Assembly: GCA_040285855.1 (NCBI GenBank)
Contig: JAUFOQ010000006.1
Coordinates: 1,984,001 to 2,048,000, forward strand
DNA length: 64,000 bases
Origin: Eukaryota sp. GEM-RC1
Taxonomy: Eukaryota
Direction: 5' to 3'
The position numbers were made by a program, and so were the translations under genes. This document shows positions 50,402-62,465 of the stretch, piece by piece; position 1 is the stretch's first letter, and every line of letters starts with the position of its first letter. The notes under the pieces are model-generated. The model worked only from the letters and a program-made list of their open reading frames with translations, did no database searches and was not told where the DNA came from.

Positions 50402-53350
50402 ATGCTTAAAATCTTTAAACTCCTCCAAGACCGTCTCAGTGTTATCCGAAATCAAAGAGCAACAGTAAGGGGTTCTAATTTTTGAAACATCTCCTTATTT
50501 GTGAGTTTGAAACACGTGGATGTGAATTAAATTTGATGAATCGTCATTACTTTCGGCAATATCTCTTAGAATCTTCTGTTTCGGAATCAAAAGAACGAGA
50601 TTTAATGTACGAACATGATTTTTTGGAGAAACGACTTCGTGAAATGGAGTTAATGTATGAACATGATCTTTTTGAGAAACGACTTCGTGAAATGGAGTTA
50701 ATGTATGAACATGATTTTGATTCGTATCCATCAGAACTTTCTGATTTGTTGGCATTAAATGAACGTAAATTAATGAAGAGCCATGATACAATGCCTGATT
50801 CTGATGATGCATCTGTTTCTGATCCGTTAGAACCTTCTGATTTACCCCTCTACACTAAGTTTTCAGTAGTCTTACCAGATTTGAAAAAACTGCTTAAACA
50901 CGATTCTATTAGACAAGTATTGAGACGGATGTATGTGAAGAAATCAACTGGTTCTTCAATTACAGAGTCAGAACTAGAAATGTCAAGAGCAGAGGCTCAA
51001 AAAGTGATTGACGATTTCCAAAAATCTTCAAGACTAGAAATGATCGAAAAAGAAAAAATTGCATTTCACTACTTGAACAACTTTTCTCCACTTCTACAAC
51101 AGTTGTCTGATGAAATTGGAACAAATCAAATTTCATTTCCTGATTCTACGTCAATGTCTCCCATATTTCATTACACTGCCAAACAAATTTCTACAAATTA
51201 TGCCAACAATATGGTCAAAAATTTTCATGATTATGTATTCAGATTCTTTAATCTGGTAACAAGAAAGAAAGTAAGACTTGAACAGATAAATGATCAAGTT
51301 GATAAGAAAGAATTGATTTCGAAATTGAATTCAGTCAGAGATTCGATTATCGATGGAAATTTTGATGACATTCCAATTGCAGATCACGAGATTTTCCCTA
51401 ATCCACGTGAAGAACTAACGTTGAGGTTTTTTTGCGTATTTGAAATTTTCATTGTTTCCAATGTTTTCAAAAAGAACATTTACTATTTACAGAAAGCAAA
51501 GCCGACAGAGTTAATTTCTCATGCTCTGTACATCAACCGAACTATACAATCTTTGTGTTTGGTTGATGGAAAACCAATCAGTGTAAACAACCCTTTTCCA
51601 ATGACGAAGACATTGATTCCTCAGCATATTCGTTTGGACACAGGTTGGATGAATGATAGATTTGTTCATATACGTGGCAAAAATGCAGATGAAATAAGAA
51701 AAAAGGTCTTTGATCAGGTCCTTACTGACAAAGCTGTGGCACCAACAAAATCATTTGTCTTTAGATATTCTTCAATTCTGACAGATGGAATTTCTTGTTG
51801 TTTGGTTTTAATGAGGAAAGATTTGGTTGATGAAGATGGAAATACTTTCAAAGATTTTACTGCTAAATCTCTCGGAACTGCGGAAAGATACATTCACTCT
51901 TTATCAAATGAGAATATTCACGAATTACAATTGAAAGAAAAAAAGAATTGTCGGTGTCGATCCCAATGAATATGATTTAATGTATTGTGTTTCAGAAAAG
52001 ACAGTCGATGAGCTTAAAGATGAAGATATTTCAGAAAATAATCCACTCAAAAAACGATTACCCTCAGAAATCAGAAGTAAGAAAAGAGGAGGAATTAAGA
52101 AAAGAAAGAAACAATTACAAGATTGGAAAAATTCGAATAATGATGTAAAATCAAAGAAAAAGGCTAAGCACAAATGGAAAAAGTTTAATTATACAGCTGG
52201 AGAAAGAGCTTACGATAGGAAATCTAAAAAATATCGTAAATCTGAAAATAGAAAACTGAAAGAATTTTCTATCGAATCACCAGACGAAACTGTCACTGAA
52301 AGACAACTTAAAGATTTTTTGGTTCTCCACTCTGATAGAATTCTTGTAACAGGAAGAGATGTCACTAACCAATTCTCCAATGCTGTATCAAACGGGGAAA
52401 GAAAGTCGTGTTTCAGTGACACATTTGGAACATATATTAAAGAAGCTGAAAGATATAACGTATATTTGAGTTCTTTCTACGAAGATGACTGGTTTAGAAA
52501 GAGGAAATTCCAAATTTATTCTAATAACCAACGTTCGGAGAAAAACATGCTGGAACGCTTCAATTTAACATATGGACCTCCAGAAGATGTCGTCATTGGG
52601 TATGGGGATTGGAGCTCAAAAGGTAAAACAAGAAAGGGCAAAACCTCTACTGTTAGAGGAGTGGAAATCCGTAAAATGTTAAGAAGATATGGATACCAAA
52701 TATTTCTTGTTGATGAATACAGAACAAGCAAGTGTTGTTCCAAATGTGCTAAGGAAAAATCAACTTTCGTAGAATGTGAAAATGTTTCGGAACTAAAGGT
52801 TCTTGGTCCCAAAGGTAAGAGACAGCTAAGAAGGAAGAAGAGAAAGTTAAGAAGAGAAATTTTGCTCAAAAACAAACAAGATCCTCTAAACCAGCGGGAT
52901 TTTTGGAAGCAGAGTGGGAGGTGAAGCAGAAGTCATTGGAAGAAGAAGCTAAATCCACACCCTGGGGACTGGTAAAGTGCTCAGATGCTGATTGTGGTAC
53001 TTATTGGAATAGAGACCTAAATTCTGCCATTAATATCTATTCCATCATTGAAGCAACGATCAATGGTCAAGGTAGGCCATCCGCTCTCGAGAGATCTAAA
53101 ACTCAAACAACAGATCTCAAGAGTGGTAAGGATACTTTGGCGAGAGACCAGAAGAAGAAGAAGACTGCGACCAAAAAGAAGAAAAACTTCAACAGGAAAG
53201 AACAAAACTTCGACAGGAAAGAAGAATACATGTGGAAATTGTGGCCAAGAAGGTCATAACAAAAGGTCATGCCAGAATCCACCAAAAGAAATGAGTTCGC
53301 CTAAAAGAAGAAGCGTAAAGTCAGTCAAGAAGAAGAAGGTCTCTCGTTAA
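50402..53350 (+). CDS. Fanzor1-type (TnpB-derived) RNA-guided nuclease with C-terminal CCHC knuckle; four homopolymer frameshifts
   Basis: VRGSNF(L)KH; YTAKQISTNYANN; PFPMTKTLIPQHIRLDT; ILTDGISC; IVGVDPN (RuvC-I, shifted frame at ~51950); IGYGDWS; VDEYRTSKCCSKC; CSDADCGTYWNRDLNSAINI (RuvC-III); CGNCGQEGHNKRSC. Confidence 0.85.
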
Positions 53351-53445
53351 TAACTTTAGTGTACTTTTAACGGTACACAGCGCAGTGGGCTTAGCTCACT
53401 GAGTGTCTGTGGTTTCGATACTCTAATCAAAATGAAAATTAACAA
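53351..53445 (+). ncRNA. Candidate Fanzor omegaRNA 3' scaffold / element end
   Basis: Hairpins GTGTAC..GTACAC, CAGTGGGC-TTA-GCTCACTG and GAGTGTC..GATACTC immediately after the Fanzor stop codon. Confidence 0.5.
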
Positions 53446-53504
53446 AGTTGTGTACTTTGGGAATACTTGTATCCATTTGAGTTGAGAACCACAGTGGATA
53501 TCAT

Positions 53505-54264
53505 CAGGAGTTGGAAAAATTGCATTGCCAATTAATTGTTCTCAGTTTTTCAGAGACAATGAATTATTGCAATTATCACATGTGCTACAATTAATTGGGC
53601 AATTAATTGGTCTGTGATAAATTGACCATTTGCACTTAAAAGAAAGTTCAAAAGTTTGTTCTTTATGATAACAAAACTAGTTTTTCAGTGTACAATCAGT
53701 GTTCATTAACGTCTTGCAGGATATTGTGCGCTTAATACCGGAAAATTACCTATTGAGTTCGTTTTCTACAAAGTTGAACGGTCTGAGGCCTTTAATAACC
53801 AACTTCATTCATTTAAAGTATTCTGAGTATTTGTCTTCAATTACAAATGTGCCAAGAGTGCTCATTTGCCTTTCATCAAGTCATTGTGCTCCTGTTGAAA
53901 ATTAACATGCTTTGTTCTCAGATGGTTGGAAAGATTTGTTCACACGTTACCTTTCAATATCATTGCTTTGCACTTACAAGTGTAGTGTTGCCCTTTGACG
54001 TGAGCACTTTTTCCAGAATCGGACGGAGAAAAGAAAGTCAAGCACAGAGTACGATTGTATGTAGGTAAAGGAAGGAAAGTGTTTTATTGTACATCTGCAT
54101 TCTGTTATCTGTTTGTAATTTCTATTCATTTCGTGCATTTGAAACCCCCGTGATAATTGCAATTAATTGCCCAATTAATTGTCGTCCTATTTTGGGGCCA
54201 ATTACTTATTGCAATTAATTAATTGGCAATAATTTAATTGGCAATGCAATTTTTCCAACTCCTG
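53505..54264. mobile_element. hAT-type MITE (760 bp)
   Basis: 31-bp perfect TIR CAGGAGTTGGAAAAATTGCATTGCCAATTAA; 8-bp TSD GATATCAT at 53497-53504 and 54265-54272; subterminal CAATTAATTG motifs. Confidence 0.92.
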
Positions 54265-55013
54265 GATATCATATCAAAGTTAGTAATTCTTCTACTGTGG
54301 AATTCTTTTGGTGTGAATAATCCTGGAATTTGGACCTTTTAATTTGGAGACTTCCCCCTTTTCTGTTTTCCCCCCTTTTTGGAGGATCAGTTTCTGTCTC
54401 TTCTCCGTGTCTTTTAGTCTGTGTCTGTCACCTGAGATGTCGTGTTCGGTATAGTGTATATATCAGGGAAACTTGAACTGATTTCTTTCATACAGATTTC
54501 CATCTTCTATGAGCTAGGGCGTCGTTTCACATCTATGTTATCGCTTTGATACTTAATGAGTACATATTGGTTCTACATCTTCGATATCTTGAGGAAGTTC
54601 CTTCTCTTTCAACAACAACACTCTCTGCTGCAACATTACATTGACAACACTTATCAACCGGTGAATGTTCTGGTAAGTAGAGAAGGTACAATTCTTATGT
54701 GAGACATCTCAAATCCACGTCAGTCATAGCTTTTATTTCAAAAAACAATAAAGATCCATCAGCATCTGTTTACACGGTATGGAACAAACCCTAGATTTAG
54801 TGCTGACCTCGATTTAGTGCCGGTCCAAACAGTGGCACTATAGATCTTCAATAAACTATCCCTTTTATTCATTCGTTACTTAATGGAAGTTGTTGTTTCA
54901 ACACTACAAAATAGCATCTAACAGTGTATTAGTGACATCTGACTGATAACCGGAAACAGAACGTCTTGATTGATAATCTTAAATCTAGATTTGCCTGCGT
55001 TTTCTGTTTCTTT

Positions 55014-56102
55014 ATGGGGTATACTTATGACATGCTCTTCGATGCCAACATCGACATTCGTCAACTGTGCTGTAACGCCAGTGAAGACACAATTGTCCGA
55101 GCTGTTTGGACCTACTATTGGTTGGGTAAAACACAAGCTCAAATTGCTGAATACTATTGTGTGTCTCAGCCTACAATTAGCCGTTGGATAGCTTCAGCTT
55201 TTGAAAACAAGAAACCAAATGAGGAAGAACTTGATCCTCGTCTTAAACTTGATGCTGCTGATTTGTCCTTCATTCAAAACACGCTACATCTTCATCCGCT
55301 TCTGTATCTTAGAGAAATTGCATCCCTTGTTCACAAAGAGCGTGGCAAAAAAGTATCTGTATCCACTATTCAGAGAGCCCTGGTCAGAATGGGTTACACT
55401 CATAAACGTTGCAGAGCACTTGTTCGCAGAGCCAAGTTAGAACTAATTTTATCATTTGAAAACAGAATAAACCACCGATGTATTGTACTTATTAACCAAC
55501 TGGTTTTCATTGATGAAGTTTCATTTAGAGCATCAGACTTTCAAAGGTCTTCAGGTTGGTCACTGAAGGGTAACGAGATTGTTGTTGAACAAGTTGATCT
55601 CGCTTATCACAACATTTCTGCATGTGTAGCAATTACACAACACGGCTTTTTAAGTGCATTTATCCAATATGGGCATTTCTCTCGATTGCAATTTGTGAAG
55701 TTTATTCAAAATCTCTTATTTCATGGATATTTGGGAACAAGTGGTTTTGCTCGAAGCTGTATTATTTTGGACGGTTGTAAAATCCATGTAGATTTGAATA
55801 TTTCTCAGGCCCTGAGAAAAGCAGGAGTTGAGTATTTTGTGTTGCCTCCCTATTGTCCCGAAAGCAACCCTACTGAGGTATTTTTCAAAGTGTTTAAGTC
55901 AAAAGTACTAGACTTTTTTGAACATAACCCACGAGGAAACGAACTAGTAGATTTGTTTCGAGTTCTTGATACAGATATGCGGTTCTCTTGTCACAAAATA
56001 TTTGCACACTGTGGGTGGTCAAATGAAACCTTCTTCAAGTCAACTTACAGGACCAATTCAATGCTTGCTGCCAATTTAGCAGAAAAGACCACTAATAAAT
56101 AA
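55014..56102 (+). CDS. IS630/Tc1/mariner-superfamily DDE transposase
   Basis: HTH VSQPTISRW; LYLREIA..VSVSTIQRAL; catalytic VFIDE, IILDG, LPPYCPESNPTE. TIRs not found. Confidence 0.9.
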   Translation: MGYTYDMLFDANIDIRQLCCNASEDTIVRAVWTYYWLGKTQAQIAEYYCVSQPTISRWIASAFENKKPNEEELDPRLKLDAADLSFIQNTLHLHPLLYLREIASLVHKERGKKVSVSTIQRALVRMGYTHKRCRALVRRAKLELILSFENRINHRCIVLINQLVFIDEVSFRASDFQRSSGWSLKGNEIVVEQVDLAYHNISACVAITQHGFLSAFIQYGHFSRLQFVKFIQNLLFHGYLGTSGFARSCIILDGCKIHVDLNISQALRKAGVEYFVLPPYCPESNPTEVFFKVFKSKVLDFFEHNPRGNELVDLFRVLDTDMRFSCHKIFAHCGWSNETFFKSTYRTNSMLAANLAEKTTNK

Positions 56103-56440
56103 GTTATTTTTTATTTTCCTTGAATTACTAATCAGTGGTAGATGGGTTTTGATAACCAAAGAAAGCATGAGGATCAGGAACTTCGGAGGAACACTTTCAG
56201 CCTGTTGCATGGAAGAGGAAACCGAGAAAATTAATTAATGCATTCAATGATGAATTCAATTGGAAATTTAAAGATGGTGAAGGTTACACTTATAAAAATG
56301 ATATGGGTTGTATTTTAAGTGTATCATTCATGATATCACATCTAACTAAACCTAATAATAACTGTTTCTTTGACAAGCTTTCTATATTCGTATCCGAAAT
56401 TGATATTCTTCTAAATTCAAAAGTTAGTAATTCTTCTGCT

Positions 56441-58446
56441 ATGAACTTCCAAAGTTCCTTTGAAGAATGGCTTGCAGTGGATCCTAAAGGCCAAATCATC
56501 AGCAATCATCTTCAGTATTTTTTTCTCTATTTCCAAAGAACGCGGTTTTTGTAATTGGGTGACTCGCAATGTGTTGATGCTCTTTCTCCATCTCTTCAAT
56601 GGATTCTTTCTCTTCTTTCTAATTGTTGTAGTCAATTGGCCGGCTCTTTTCCATTGCCATTCACCCGCTGATTGCGCTGCAGTTGCTCTTCATTCAAAGC
56701 CTCTCTCCAATCTTAGTTTCTTCTCTGTCATTCTCCTTACCAGTTTCCTCGTTTACTTCTCCCATTCTATTTGGAACTTCATCAAAGACTTCCCTCACAT
56801 GCGTCTCATGAAATCTTTCTACACTGAAACTCTAGAAATCTCCAACGACGAACTCCAACTCATCCCCTTCCACTCCATCGTTGGCATTCTATCACGTGAT
56901 GACATTAGTGGAGAATCCATTGGAACAATTGCTTTAAAGCTCTGTCAAACTCTATGTCTTGAGGATAACACCATGCTTGCTCTCTTCCACTCCGAGATCC
57001 TCCCCCTAGATCAAAAGATCTTCAGTCTAGGACCTCTAAGAGTAGACTACTTTTCCAAGTCATTGGAATGGTTTCTGCGCAAGATCATTGTGAACCAATG
57101 CTGGGCCTTTCAAACAGTAGACGATGTTAAGTTCAACGTTCGATTCAAATTGTCTCTAGATGAGAGCAGACGGCGGGGGCTCAAGTGGACCTTGGTTTCT
57201 CTAATAACCGCTCCCTTTTCAGCCGTCTTTATCCTTGTTCATACCTTCTTTACTTATACTGAAGCCTTCTATGATTCAACTTCTCATGCTTCAATAAAGT
57301 CTTGGTCTAACAGGGCCAGGTGGACTTTTCGACATTTAAATGAACTTCCTCATGACTTTGATGAGAAATTACGAGGATCTTATAAGCCTGCTTCTCAGTA
57401 TCTTGGCTTATTTAAAAGTAGATTGTCTATTATTATATCTAGGTTTGTCATGTATATCTGTTCAGCGTTTGCTGCAGTTTTAATAGTGATGTTGTACATG
57501 TATGGGGAGAACGTCATCAACATTGAAATCTTTGGAAGTAATGGCAGAACATTACTTTGGATCTTGTTATCAGTACTGGTTCCAACCATAGCAATGACCC
57601 GGGGTTCACTCCCCGGTCCAGACTTTACTTTCCATACAAATGAAGCTCTAAAGCAGTTATTTGGAAGCCACGAGGTTCATTCCAGACAGTTGGAGGGGTA
57701 AAGCAAGCTCGTTGTCGACTAAGAAAGCGATCTCCTCAATGTTTTCACTACGAGTTCTTCAGCTTTTGTCTGAAGTTCTTTCGGTGTTTCTAACTCCTTT
57801 CATACTATTCTTTGTCGTTGTTCCACGTCTTGGTACTATGGTCCATTACCTTGATTCAATTGTGGACCATTATGTTGAGTCTTCTGATGGTTCTGATGAG
57901 TTGAAATGGGCTCAGTTTAAGCTAACAGATGATGGGAAGTTGGATACTAGAGTTGCTGTACATAAAGGACCAGAAAATGAAGTAGTTGTGAGAAACAAGA
58001 TTGTTTCTTCAATACTCCAGTTTGTAGCAGCCTGGCCTGAAGCAAGTTCTGAGATTGAGCATTTCCCTGCGTTTTTAGCTACTTTTCCCTCTCGAAAACC
58101 TGACGCTGTTGCTCAGGCTTTTGACGTAATGAGGTCTCAAAACATTAATATTCCGATTGCTGATCAGGATCATTGTCTGAATCCTCTTGCAAGTATGTCC
58201 TTTGTTCAGAGGTCTACTTATTACTCAACTTTGCATGATACTGCTATTCAGCAAATGAATCATGATCAAGGTTTAAAAGATATTGAAAATCCAATATCTC
58301 ATTCGGTTATTGGCGGTGTTTCTTTGACCAACACTGATTTGTCTAGGTCTCATGTACCTGAAAACGTGACGGAGAGAAGAAATTCGAAGAAACATGCGTC
58401 AATAGCTGTGGAAAAGTTGGGTCTTCTTGATAATGATAGTGATTGA
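56441..58446 (+). CDS. ATG9: Autophagy protein ATG9 (frameshifts at ~56520 and ~57660)
   Basis: WSNRARWTFRHLNELPHDFDEKLRGSYKPASQYLGLF; IPDSWRGKA..F..R...LLSE.LSVFLTPFILFF. Confidence 0.88.
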
Positions 58447-59267
58447 TCCATTTGATTGATCTTCTGTAGATCATTATCTCATTTTTAGTTTGTGTGATAA
58501 TTGTGACCGCTCTTTAATTCACCTTAATTGAGTCTGTAAATCCAAGTCCAAAGTCTGTGTTTGTTTTGTTGGATCTCAACTGACTTTCCTCTGTCATTCA
58601 AATAAACGATTGTATAGCAGCATTGCTTATTTTTAATTTGGAGGTGTATTCTAATTACTCCAAAATCTAAACATGAACGGAATCTTTTAACTCATCTACC
58701 CTCTAGTATTCTAACTAGTATTCTTGTTTTCAACCTACAATATTGATCAGTTCAAAATGGATTAAAAAACACATAAATTCAATTAGGATAGGTTGAGAAT
58801 TTTTGAACATATTTCAGTGATTGGACATTCCAGTAACAGATTTGATACTACAGAGATAAATCAACTGTGTTTTCTTTACTTACTAGTAAGAGAAAAATAG
58901 GGGCCATTTAAACAAACGAGACTTAAGAACAAGAAATTATTTTTTTATTCAAGACACCAAATCTGAAACAAGCTTTGTTATCTGAAAGAAATATCATCAT
59001 TTTTTCAATATCTAGAGTTGTAATTCTTTTAGTCTACCTCATCTTCTTTCGTGTGATCTACAAATTCAGAATCTCTTTTTAATAAAACTGACGCTGGAAG
59101 TTGGGGAATAGCGGCAGTGTCTTCAGTTATAGGATCTCCAAAAGATATCTTATGTGGAGTGACTATAATCTGCTTCTCATCATCAGATTCGTCCATTTTA
59201 GAAGGAGAGAGGTTCGTAGACATCAGTTCAAAATCAAAATAGATCTGCTAATTTTTGAACTTTTGCA

Positions 59268-60135
59268 ATGGCATTGCGATTCTTTGAAATTTGTACTGAT
59301 TGTCGGAGTGACGACGCAAGCTTGGTAGACGACTACAGAAACGGGAACAGAGTTTGTCAGAAGTGTGGATTAGTTTCTCCAGAAAGAATTGTTGACACAC
59401 AGCTAGAAACCAGAAGTTTTGATGTCGAATCTAGAGTGGGTGCACCAGTTGATGAGTTTTTAACGACACTGAGTACTACTATAGGAGATGACAGCAATGT
59501 TGCCAGAAGACTACAACAACGGGGTATACTAACCTCTAAAGAGCAGCGAATGGTGAAAGCTCACAAGGAGATGAAAAGGATCTCCATTAGACTGTCTCTA
59601 AACGATCCTATTGTCAGCAGAGGTTTAGAATTGTTGAGAACTGTATTGGATACAACGTCATTGCGAGGGAAAAGCTTTGATAGTGTGATTGTTGCTTGCT
59701 TGTACATCGCTTGTAGAGAAGCAGGAGTCAACAGAACCCTGAAAGAGATGGAGGCCCACACCTACACAACAAAGAAACAACTTGGAAGAGCTTACAAGTT
59801 TGTTATTGAAACAGCCAAATTGATCATTGATCAACATACTAATCCTGAACGTCTAATTGATCGGTTTGTGAATGCTGCTAGACTGGATGTCAAGATAGCG
59901 TATACAGCCAGGCAAATAGCCCGAAACGCCACACTGGAGAAGATTTCAATGGGGAGGCAGCCTGAGAGTATAGTTGCGGGATGTATATTTTACGCAGGGA
60001 TACTAAACAAACAGCCAATCCCAGCAACAACAATAGTTGCAGTAACTGGAGTATCTGGAAACAACAATGATGTTGGTGTATAACGAATTGAAGTCTAGAA
60101 AAGACGTCGTTCCGCAAGAATTTCGAATACAATAA
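59268..60135 (+). CDS. Transcription initiation factor TFIIB (frameshift at ~60060)
   Basis: CTDC..CQKCGLV zinc ribbon, ETRSF, ACLYIACR..RTLKE cyclin folds, GRQPESIVAG. Confidence 0.88.
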
Positions 60136-60879
60136 CGTAACAATTAAAAATTTGTTGTTCGAAACTGTCAAACATTTTGCTTACTCTTCTATTTGATTCT
60201 TCTCTTCAGAACTCTCTCAGAATAGTGATTGAACAGGACAGTTGGCTGAACAATTTCCGAAATTAATTTAGAACAATTTTATTTGACTCTTAATGATCAT
60301 GAGCAGAAATAACAATCGATTACATGTTTATGCAGAGCTAAAAGTATTGAATTGCCAATACAATAATGCAAATACATATATACCGATATTGATTGTTTGG
60401 CGAAAAACCGATACGAATATAATGCCATACAACATTTGCTAGACCTGTATATACGGTTTGAGCTAAGACCAACTCTAATCTTAGTTCGAGTATGCCAAGA
60501 CAGTCAAATAAAACAACAACAATGTAACAGTGTGTCAATCAAATATACGTTTTTAGAAGAAACCTGGTACCAAATTCATATTGTAAGAATTGCTTTTGTA
60601 CGGTTCTGAAGAATACGGATATTCAAATTTGACTAACGTTAAAAATTGTTGAGCTACTGATACAATTTCAAGAGCACCAAGACATTGAAAGAGACTTCTG
60701 CAATTAACAAGAACACATAGACCGATACATAGTTTTACGAATTTAACAAGAGAGTGATATTGAAAGAATAAAAAAGACACTTTGAAATTGAAAAGACTTA
60801 CCCGTCCAAGTTTGAATTATATAATACAATGCCACAACTTCCTCTAAAACAACCTCACAAGACTCAGAGTTACAGTTCT

Positions 60880-62430
60880 TTATGGAAACAAATTGCTTCC
60901 AGTAAGAACAACCGGAGCTTGCTTGACTTTCTTAACTTTCTTCTTTGGCGGACTCTGAGATGCTCGGAGGATATAATTCTCCATAGCACGTGACCCTGCG
61001 TGCATGGAGGGAGGAGAACCGACACCCATGTCAGAAGAAGAAGGTTTAGAGGATCTAATGGGATCAGAACGACGCGGTTCAAAGACAAACTTCTCACCAT
61101 AAGACCGGAGAAGTTTTTGAAGGGCAAACCCAGCAGCATCCACATTAGCAGCTTCCTTGACAAATAGTTGGATGTGCCGTTCATAGAAAGATAGAGGACC
61201 CATTTTAGTAACAGTTTCTAAAGGAATTGTCTTCATGTCAACACCTTCCCGATCTGTAAACATCACGTGATTAAAGGGATTGTCACCATCAGGGGCGTAG
61301 GTGAGCTTGAAATCAGACACAATCACGTCATTTTCAGTAAGTTTCCCATCAGAATGAGTTGATACATCAATTGCCTGCAGTTTTGGCATCTGCAAATTCG
61401 TAATTAAGGAGTCACAAACAAAAGGGTAAAGATTCCTCCTCCTAATGTTATTAACAATAGTCCTTGCTTCCTCCAAAGCAGGATCTTTACTAAACTCTAT
61501 TGTATATAGAAGGGAGTCTGTCAATCTACAAAAGTCTTCTGGATCTTCAACTGCTGCTGATATACCTAGAACAGGATCTGCAGATACAAAGGCATCACAA
61601 ATCATCAACTCAACAGCTTTAGGAACGCGATGAGAGTAAGCTTGTCTGAATAAACGAAACCGAGTCGTGAAAAGATTGTGAATATCGAGTTGAACCTTCT
61701 GGTGAAAGGCAATACGATTGTTGATGACAGTCGAAGTCTCCAGTAGTCTTGATGTAGAAAAGGCAGTTCCAGAGAGTCCGAGAGCTCTTGAATCTCGAAG
61801 TAAATAGTCAAACTTATCCACGTCTATACCATTCTGTTTGTTTGCAACAATCTCTCTAGTCCAATGCACGCCTGAACTAATACGGCCATTGTCAGTATAG
61901 CTATCCCCATTAATAATGGACTGGATTTGCTGCCTAGCTTCCTTGTTGTACTCCAACTCGTCGTAGAAGGTGAGTTGGTACTTGTCAACCATGTGCTCAA
62001 ACAATTTGATTGAAGCATCCTCGTGAGACCAGTGGAGGTCAGGTCTGATTCTCTTTAGAAACAAGTTTTCAAAAGAATGTGAGAAGCAAGCGTGGCCAAG
62101 GTCGTGAACTAAGCCAGCAACAGTGATGAGTGAGATTTGGTGGTAAGTTTCGCCATCGTAGAGGTTGGGGTTCCCGATGGCCAGTTTCTGGGCCCATTGT
62201 CTGGATAAGAAGGCTGTACCTATAGAGTGCTCAAAGCGGGTGTGAGTAGCGCAAGGAAAGGCAAAAACCCCTGTAGAAAGTTGTTTAATGTCACGAAGAC
62301 GCTGAAATTCCGGTGTGTCAATGATATTAAAACAATAAGCAGGTAGTGAGATAGACTCATGTATAGAGTCATTGATGACACGATCAAACGGGGGCATGAT
62401 AGAATAAGTGACAAGAGGGTTTTGCAGCAT
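60880..62430 (-). CDS. SAMHD1-like HD-domain dNTP triphosphohydrolase
   Basis: IIDTPEFQRLRDIKQL, ATHTRFEHSIG, HDLGH..FSH, DVDKFDYLLRD. Confidence 0.92.
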   Translation of the reverse strand: MLQNPLVTYSIMPPFDRVINDSIHESISLPAYCFNIIDTPEFQRLRDIKQLSTGVFAFPCATHTRFEHSIGTAFLSRQWAQKLAIGNPNLYDGETYHQISLITVAGLVHDLGHACFSHSFENLFLKRIRPDLHWSHEDASIKLFEHMVDKYQLTFYDELEYNKEARQQIQSIINGDSYTDNGRISSGVHWTREIVANKQNGIDVDKFDYLLRDSRALGLSGTAFSTSRLLETSTVINNRIAFHQKVQLDIHNLFTTRFRLFRQAYSHRVPKAVELMICDAFVSADPVLGISAAVEDPEDFCRLTDSLLYTIEFSKDPALEEARTIVNNIRRRNLYPFVCDSLITNLQMPKLQAIDVSTHSDGKLTENDVIVSDFKLTYAPDGDNPFNHVMFTDREGVDMKTIPLETVTKMGPLSFYERHIQLFVKEAANVDAAGFALQKLLRSYGEKFVFEPRRSDPIRSSKPSSSDMGVGSPPSMHAGSRAMENYILRASQSPPKKKVKKVKQAPVVLTGSNLFP

Positions 62431-62465
62431 GAGGGGACGATTTTGTGTCTACAATTCTTGTTTTT

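Noticed and set aside
60880..62430. SAMHD1-like gene as part of an anti-retroelement island
   Set aside because: It is a widespread eukaryotic housekeeping family and proximity to mobile DNA is the only link.
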